Shown here piece by piece: positions 57,801 to 64,000 of a DNA stretch of 64,000 nt. Source of the stretch: Microgenomates group bacterium GW2011_GWC1_46_15 (GTDB taxonomy: Bacteria; Patescibacteriota; Microgenomatia; UBA1400; UBA12028); contig LCLX01000003.1 in the NCBI GenBank assembly GCA_001002285.1, forward strand, positions 2,560 through 66,559, written 5' to 3'. The position numbers and the translations under genes were made by a program. Every line of letters begins with the position of its first letter. Position 1 is the stretch's first letter. The notes under the pieces are model-generated. The model saw nothing but the letters and a program-made list of their open reading frames with translations. It did not search any database and had not been told where the DNA came from.

Positions 57801-58919
57801 GATTTGATTGACTTATCAATCTTTTTTGTTATAGCTCGTGTTGAGCTAGCGCGGTCATTTCTGCCGCTCTCTCATGGTCGCCCATGAGATCAGACTATCC
57901 CTTCACCAAAGAGGTTTGTTGTCATTTATGTACAACGGTAATTCTTTGGCGTTACGCGTATAGTCGTTGAGGATCCGATTCAATCGATCACGTTTGATAC
58001 GATTCTTTTGTAATTGAAAAGGAAAGTCTTCAGAAAATATCCGAAGCAATCGAACAACGTCCGATCGTTTTCCAGTTTCGTATACAAAAAGTTTCTCGTC
58101 TTTACGTTCATATACAAATCCGACTTTGAAGAAGAATCGAAATAATGTAATTATCCCATAATCCTTCATTCCTACTGTAAAGTAGGGTTGATATGTATTG
58201 TTACGTTTTTTCAAACCAACAGAGCCTTCTGCGTCAAATATTCCACATAAGAAGAATCCAAGTTCTTGTCTCGAATATCTTCTTTCATGAAAAGTCATTT
58301 GAGTGACAGAAAGTCCTTCTTTTTTTAATAATTTCAAATTTGCTCGAATATGTTCAATTTCTTCAACCTCACTCATATTTCTACGAGTGCTTTTTCCTTT
58401 TGCAGATAAAATATTCATTGCTTGTTGAAGCAATGAAATTTTAGCGTTTGCAATATCTCCTGCAATAATTGGGTATTGTGAAAAGAAAGAAAGCGCTAAA
58501 GCAACTTTTTTCTTTCCACGCATACTTAAGTTATATCCTCCATGAATGGGTGAAATAACTCCCCTACTATTACATAAACGTGCATTCACTTTTGCTAAAA
58601 GATAAAGGTCTTCATTAGAAACTGTGAGATCTGGACTATATGAAAATCCAGACCCATATGGTCTTGACTGTTTGATAACAGAACAAGACATTTCTCCGGC
58701 GCAAAATCCTGAAATATAAAAATTATCGACTTTACTCGTTTCCTGCTGGTTTTCTGCAGGTATGGCATTGTCAGTTGAAGAAATATTGGGCATCACTTTT
58801 ATAATACCCAAATATTTACCGAATATCAACTAGCCATCCTTCTAAAACACTAAAGATACCATCTTTGTGTTACAGATTTTCCAGCATACAGCGCAATTTT
58901 ACTATGGCAACGTTTTGAT
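57801..58919 (-). mobile_element. Group I intron at 23S position 1931 carrying a homing endonuclease gene
   Basis: Splits CTATGGT|AGCGAAA; P1 guide GCCATAG pairs with exon CTATGGT; motifs AACGACTATAC and GGATAGTCTG. Confidence 0.9.
57903..58829 (-). CDS. Double-motif LAGLIDADG homing endonuclease (start may be ATG 58793)
   Basis: FYISGFCAGEMSC and FFLCGIFDAEGSV; the ORF overlaps intron core elements (NQQET, LNDYTR). Confidence 0.88.
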   Translation of the reverse strand: MIFGKYLGIIKVMPNISSTDNAIPAENQQETSKVDNFYISGFCAGEMSCSVIKQSRPYGSGFSYSPDLTVSNEDLYLLAKVNARLCNSRGVISPIHGGYNLSMRGKKKVALALSFFSQYPIIAGDIANAKISLLQQAMNILSAKGKSTRRNMSEVEEIEHIRANLKLLKKEGLSVTQMTFHERRYSRQELGFFLCGIFDAEGSVGLKKRNNTYQPYFTVGMKDYGIITLFRFFFKVGFVYERKDEKLFVYETGKRSDVVRLLRIFSEDFPFQLQKNRIKRDRLNRILNDYTRNAKELPLYINDNKPLW

Positions 58920-61038
58920 ACCATAGAACAGTTATAGTTACTGCTGCCGTTCACCGGGGCTTCAATTGAAAGCAGTACCCTTGCGGGTACCACTCTCGCA
59001 GTTAACCTTCCGGCACTGGGCAGGTTTCAGCCCGTATACGTCCTCTTTCGAGTTTGCACGGACCTGTGTTTTTGTTAAACAGTCAGTCTCCAGTCTTTCG
59101 CTGCGCCTCTCCTTGCGGAGAGAAGGGCATATACCAAGGGTACGCCCAGCTGTTTTGCCGAATTCCTTAAACCATTGTCTCTCGTTCTCCTTAGCCTTCT
59201 CGGCCAGTTCACCTGTGTCGGTTATCGGTACGATTTAATAACACTCTGCTTGCGAAGCTTTTCTAGGAACCTGAAGTCCTGCGTCTTGCCCGTTCCTTGC
59301 GGAACAGACTCCACATCACAATTCGATTAAACATATCTGCGGGTTTGCCAACAGACATTATCTCGTTGCTTGTGCGGCTCTATCTTCGACAGAGCGCACG
59401 CAGTATCCAAATCCGTCCCTCCCCAAGTCATAACGATTGTTATCAAGGACCAGAATATCAACTGGTTATCCATCAGCTACGCCATTCGGCCTCGCCTAAG
59501 GGTCGCCTTACCCGCACACGACAAACGTGGGTGCGGAAACCTTGAACATTCGGAGATGAAGATTCTCACTTCATGTACGCTACTCATACCGGCATTCGCA
59601 CTTCCGGTCGCTCCAGCAGATCGATTTCTCGCCGCCTTCACAGCACCCGGAACGCTCCCCTACCACTCACATAATTTCTTACGAAAATATATAAATCTTT
59701 GTCTTCGGTATATTCCTTAAGCCTCGATACGTTTTCGACGCCCTGATCCTCGGCTAGTGAGCTGTTACGCTTTCTTTCAAGGATGGCTGCTTCTGAGCCG
59801 ACCTCCTAGGTGTTTGGGGACCAAGACTATCTTTCCCACTGAGGAATATTTAGAGACCTTAGACGAAAGTCTGGGATGTTTCCCTCTCGCCTGGCGAACT
59901 TAGCTCCGCCATACTGAGTCCCATGCACGAACTGACGGTATTCGGAGTTTGGTTAAATTTTTGATCTTGCGACCAAAAAATTCATCCAGTACTCTACCCC
60001 CATCAGCCTAATCATGAGCCTATACCTAAATATATTTCGGGGAGAACCAGCTATCTCCAGGTTCGATAGGCATATAACCTCTACCCACAATTCATCCGAC
60101 AGACTTGCAACTCTGAACGGTTCGGTCCTCCCGCACGTTTTACCGTACGTTCAACCTGATCATGGGTAGCTCACCTGGTTTCGGGTCTATAGTGTGTTCC
60201 TTGGCGCCCTATTCAGGCTCGCTTTCACTGCGCGTCCGCCGTTTCAACGGCTTACACTTGGAACAGACCATAACTCGCCGGTTCATTCTTCAATAGGCAC
60301 GACATCATCCTTGCGGACTCTGTCTGCTTGTTAGCAGATAGTTTCAGTTTCTATTTCACGGGGTCTTCGACCCTTCTTTTCACCTTTCCCTCACGGTACT
60401 CGTTCGCTATCGGTCAACACATGTATTTAGCCTTGGAGCGTGGTCGCCCCAGATTCTTCCCGGAGTTTGCCGTCTCCGAAAGTACTTAGGAAATCCCTAT
60501 GGTGCATCTGTTTTTCATATACACGACTGTCACGTTCTTTGGTCGCTCATTCCATAGCGTTCTATTCAACAGATACAATCCAATATTGGGCTCCTGCAAC
60601 CCCCATCTTACGATGGGTTTAGGCTGTTCCCTTTTCGCTCGTCGCTTACTCAGGGAATCTCTTTCGATGTCTTTTCCAGCGCGTACTTAGATATTTCAGT
60701 TCTGCGCGTACCCTTCCGTGACAAAAGCCACGGATGACCCAGAATAACCTGGGCCGGGTTTCCCCATTCGGACACCACCGGATCAAAGCTTCTTGACAGC
60801 TCCCCGGCGAGTTTCGCCGTCTAGTGCGTCCTTCTTCGGCATGTGTTGCCAAGGCATCCACTATCTGCATGAGTTCACATACATTACTGTATACTCTTGC
60901 GTTTTCAAAATTTTTGAAAATACAACCTACTGTTATTTTTTACAATAACAGCGTTGCAGCATTGATGAACGCATACAAAAGTATGCGCCCTTCCGCAGTG
61001 TTCTTCCCTTACGGGATGAAACGCGGTTTGCCGCAACA

Positions 61039-61067
61039 TTCATTCTCTTCACTTGTTAAGGAGCGAA
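61039..61067 (-). promoter_or_regulatory. BoxA-like element and 5' arm of the 23S processing stem (pairs with 54970-55000)
   Basis: Minus strand TTCGCTCCTTAACAAGTGAAGAGAATGAA; the complementary arm lies between 23S and 5S. Confidence 0.7.
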
Positions 61068-61103
61068 TCCGTTGATCGGAGAAGAGTCTAAGCGTTTAAC
61101 GGC

Positions 61104-61334
61104 TTAGGCGCTTCTTGAATCAGAATGTCTTTTCTTGCTTTCCTCAGTGTTTACGTATGCCGACACTCTTTGCCAAAGGTCGTAAAGCTGTGCGGGCTGA
61201 TGATTTACCGCTGTATTCGCTTCTTGTCTCTTCGCCTCAAGCCAATCATGCAATTGAGGAAGAGTAAACTGTCTAAAGTCAATTCCTTCTTCAATAACGA
61301 TAATTTTGCTACTATCGACCTTTTCTCCCGACAT
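61104..61334 (-). CDS. 76-aa hypothetical protein between tRNA-Ala and 23S
   Basis: AGGAAG upstream; helical, protein-like composition. Confidence 0.5.
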   Translation of the reverse strand: MSGEKVDSSKIIVIEEGIDFRQFTLPQLHDWLEAKRQEANTAVNHQPAQLYDLWQRVSAYVNTEESKKRHSDSRSA

Positions 61335-61352
61335 ACGTTGTTAACTTCCTAG

Positions 61353-61425
61353 TGGACCCAAGCGGGCTCGAACCGCTCACCTCATCATTGCAAATGATGC
61401 GCTCTACCAGATGAGCTATGGGCCC
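61353..61425 (-). tRNA. tRNA-Ala(TGC)
   Basis: GGGCCCATAGCTCATCTGGTAGAGCGCATCATT-TGC-AATGATG...GGGTCCA. Confidence 0.96.
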
Positions 61426-61649
61426 GGGTTCGCTGGCTCCTTTCCACTTGCTATGCTTTCGTAAAGAACAAAAAACTCCCATTTCGGGAGTCATCCTGCA
61501 TACAAGCGCCAACGTAAGGAGATCAGTGCATCGAGCTCCTTTCACATCCTGGACATGTTGTGGCGCGAGTAAACAAGAACACTCTCCTTTACGTTATCTG
61601 CATCCTGCAGAGTCAGCAGTATATGATACTCGGCAGAAAAATGCAAGTC

Positions 61650-62255
61650 CTAATACCTCTGGCCAGCTGGCTTTGGAACAAACGGCTTCATCTGAGCAAT
61701 ATCTTCGGGCTTGTGTTTAAAGAGGTACAAGATCTTATCGAGATAATTCCCCAAATCTTTGTAGTAGTACACGTGTTCCAGATCAAGATCGTCATTCGTG
61801 TACACGTTTTCGCGCGTTTGTTCGTGCGTGTGCACATATGTAGAACCGGCATGAACAACCACTGTTCCAATCATCAACATTTTCCACAATGCGTTGCGCG
61901 GAAATGTTTTGATTTTCACTGCGTCATCCCAGTTGAGCGCGCGCGAGTTTGTTGCAAACGGGGTTGCCGCTTCAAACCGCACAATCCGGCGGTCGGTAAT
62001 ATACGCTCTGCTTTTTTTGAACATCAGCACACTCGCCCATGTTCCAAACACCGCGATTAACGATCCAAGAAAAAGACCGATAAACGGTAAACCTTTCATC
62101 ACGCTTGTCAAAAATAAAAAGCTTAAAAATATCGCGAGCGACAAAAGATAGATTTTTGCTAATCCCGTATAAAGCGCATAGATATGCGGCTCAACAATGT
62201 AAAGCACGCGCTCGTCTGTTTGCTGTCCGGGAAAATAATGGCTTTCCATAGGCAT
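61650..62255 (-). CDS. Two-TM membrane protein with a bacterial PH-like domain
   Basis: FPGQ..DE.VL....PH, two TM helices, YITDRRIV and GTVVV. Confidence 0.7.
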   Translation of the reverse strand: MPMESHYFPGQQTDERVLYIVEPHIYALYTGLAKIYLLSLAIFLSFLFLTSVMKGLPFIGLFLGSLIAVFGTWASVLMFKKSRAYITDRRIVRFEAATPFATNSRALNWDDAVKIKTFPRNALWKMLMIGTVVVHAGSTYVHTHEQTRENVYTNDDLDLEHVYYYKDLGNYLDKILYLFKHKPEDIAQMKPFVPKPAGQRY

Positions 62256-62272
62256 AGTGTATCATATAGTGT

Positions 62273-62794
62273 ATGGCAACCAGATATGCTCTCGTCGTTA
62301 TCATCCCAGATGAAATCCGCACCTCATTAGATGAAGCATACTTTAAAGTTTCTGGAAAACATCTCACGATAGCACACGCGCACATCACGATTCTTCCGCC
62401 GTTTTTTCTTGCACATATTGATGAGGTTGAACTCACACAAAAACTCGCATCGCTGCATATTCAACCATTCACCGCACACAATGAAACGTTTGGCGTGTTT
62501 CATCAGCAATCTGATATTGTGTATGTTTCTATTGAACCATTCGATGCATTTTCTGTGATATACGAACAGGCGCTTACTCTGTTGGAAGGGGTTATTACGT
62601 TTGATGTGGAACCATACGCGGATAAAAATCTGCCCCCGCTGCTTCCCCATCTTTCACTTGATTATCATGCAGAAAACGCGAAAGATAGTGTAGAAAAACT
62701 GAATGGGTACCATGTATCGCTCACATTTTCTGTTCAATCACTCGTCATATTGAAAGAAGTTGATGGCGTGTGGAGTCCTGTCACAACGATGTAG
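62273..62794 (+). CDS. 2H phosphoesterase (2'-5' RNA ligase-like) family protein
   Basis: Two HxT/S motifs: AHITILPPF and PHLSL. Confidence 0.85.
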   Translation: MATRYALVVIIPDEIRTSLDEAYFKVSGKHLTIAHAHITILPPFFLAHIDEVELTQKLASLHIQPFTAHNETFGVFHQQSDIVYVSIEPFDAFSVIYEQALTLLEGVITFDVEPYADKNLPPLLPHLSLDYHAENAKDSVEKLNGYHVSLTFSVQSLVILKEVDGVWSPVTTM

Positions 62795-62839
62795 TTTGAA
62801 ACAACTGTGGGCTCTTTACGAAAAAATACGGACTGATTT

Positions 62840-63679
62840 TCAAAGGTAGCGCGGCGAGTGCCCCCACCCACTCGCCGCGCCATCTTCACGCTCGGCTTTC
62901 GGCCTTGAATTTTTGTATATTCGAGTTGATCTTGGCAATCCTATGGCTAAAGAATATACCTTAGCTTTTGTGTTTGACACAATATCGTCAGGATGTTCCA
63001 GATACCATTTTACCCTACTAACATGAGTCCTGGGAGCTATATAGGATAACTGTGATCCCTCGTTTCTTCGTTCAGCCTCCTGCCGAATACCTTTCGCTAT
63101 TAATAATCTACGAGCATCTTCCATGTCAATTATAAATTTTTCAAATTTTTTTCTCTCGAGATCAAATGCCCCAATTCTAAGCACCTCTTGTATATTCATC
63201 CCTACTCCATTAAGCATGCTACAAAATGCCAAAAAACTTCCAAACTTGCCGGGGTCAACACTTATAAGTAATGGGCTTAGAGCAAATCTTAAACCTCCAT
63301 GGTAAATAGAATACATTGGGCCATTAGCAATGTCTGATACTGCAATTTCTCGTCCATATTTAGTAGCTAGTCCACTTACCTTGTTAAAAAACGAATTTAG
63401 GCCTTTTGCCTCTCCAGCATCTTTTGCCAATTTCCCCCAAATGGGGTTGTTATACACACTAGATTCCAATTCATAAGGAAAATATTCAACAAACACTAAT
63501 GAACTCTTTTGTATTTCACCCTCAATAGCTTGCCATGGATCTACTTCAGGCATTAGTTCTGGTTGATGATCACAGGAAACAAGGCTGATGGTCACTCCGT
63601 TTATATTTAGCCTTTCGATTTGAAGAGCATTTGGATCATTTACTAATTCTTGAATTTGGACGCCTGCTGATAATTCCAT
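62840..63679 (-). CDS. Hypothetical protein (AT-rich), enclosed by inverted repeats
   Basis: 279-aa ORF whose last about 20 codons come from the inverted repeat. Confidence 0.7.
   Translation of the reverse strand: MELSAGVQIQELVNDPNALQIERLNINGVTISLVSCDHQPELMPEVDPWQAIEGEIQKSSLVFVEYFPYELESSVYNNPIWGKLAKDAGEAKGLNSFFNKVSGLATKYGREIAVSDIANGPMYSIYHGGLRFALSPLLISVDPGKFGSFLAFCSMLNGVGMNIQEVLRIGAFDLERKKFEKFIIDMEDARRLLIAKGIRQEAERRNEGSQLSYIAPRTHVSRVKWYLEHPDDIVSNTKAKVYSLAIGLPRSTRIYKNSRPKAEREDGAASGWGHSPRYL
62850..62905 (+). repeat. 56-bp inverted repeat, left copy (internal 11-bp GC-rich hairpin)
   Basis: CGCGGCGAGTGCCCCCACCCACTCGCCGCGCCATCTTCACGCTCGGCTTTCGGCCT is the exact reverse complement of 63945-64000. 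Confidence 0.95.
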
Positions 63680-63944
63680 AAGATTTAGAAATTCAGATTT
63701 TCTTTCTAAATTATACTGTATTCAAAGTTTCATTTCTCCCTTGTTTCATAATTTAAGTTTTGATATAGTTCTTGTTGGAACCAACATTTAGGAATTGCTT
63801 TTTTGATGGCGCAATCGGACAACGAGAAGCAATTCTTAGTTGGTTCCACCGGTTGCGCCTTTAAAGTTCTAAGATCGCTCTTTTAAAATTTTTACGTTTT
63901 TCTTTGTTCCGCCTTTGGCGGAATGTCCGAACCGACTTTTTGCG

Positions 63945-64000
63945 AGGCCGAAAGCCGAGCGTGAAGATGGCGCGGCGAGTGGGTGGGGGCACTCGCCGCG
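63945..64000 (-). repeat. 56-bp inverted repeat, right copy (runs to the window edge)
   Basis: AGGCCGAAAGCCGAGCGTGAAGATGGCGCGGCGAGTGGGTGGGGGCACTCGCCGCG. Confidence 0.95.

Overview
The window looks like a chromosomal segment of a small-genome bacterium, most consistent with Patescibacteria/CPR (Microgenomates-like). That assignment is an inference from the intron-laden unlinked 23S rRNA, split ComEC, PaaX-like regulator, leaderless promoters and giant surface proteins. Housekeeping genes are ndk, argS, leuS, obgE, rho, radA, rpsA, an M16 peptidase and a LysM/M23 peptidase. It also carries a comEA/comEC cluster, a WxL/DUF916-like cell-surface cluster, three type IV pilins, two toxin-antitoxin pairs and four tRNAs (Pro, and all three Ala isoacceptors). 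A tRNA-Ala-23S-5S unit lacks 16S; its 23S has five group I introns (E. coli-equivalent sites 1931, 2500, 2511, 2604, 2656), two of them encoding LAGLIDADG endonucleases. The most striking element is a 5377-aa gene (23391-39524). Two tyrosine-recombinase-type N-terminal SAM-like DNA-binding domains, with no catalytic domain, precede one transmembrane helix. About 5000 aa of phage-tail-fibre/LamG-like ectodomain follows, built from domains nested inside other domains. A nearby small TM-TPR protein shares its C-terminal domain. A family of dispersed intergenic palindromic repeats (TCGGGACTT boxes) and a perfect 56-bp inverted repeat at the window end were also found by eye. All domain names come from motif recognition, not database searches.
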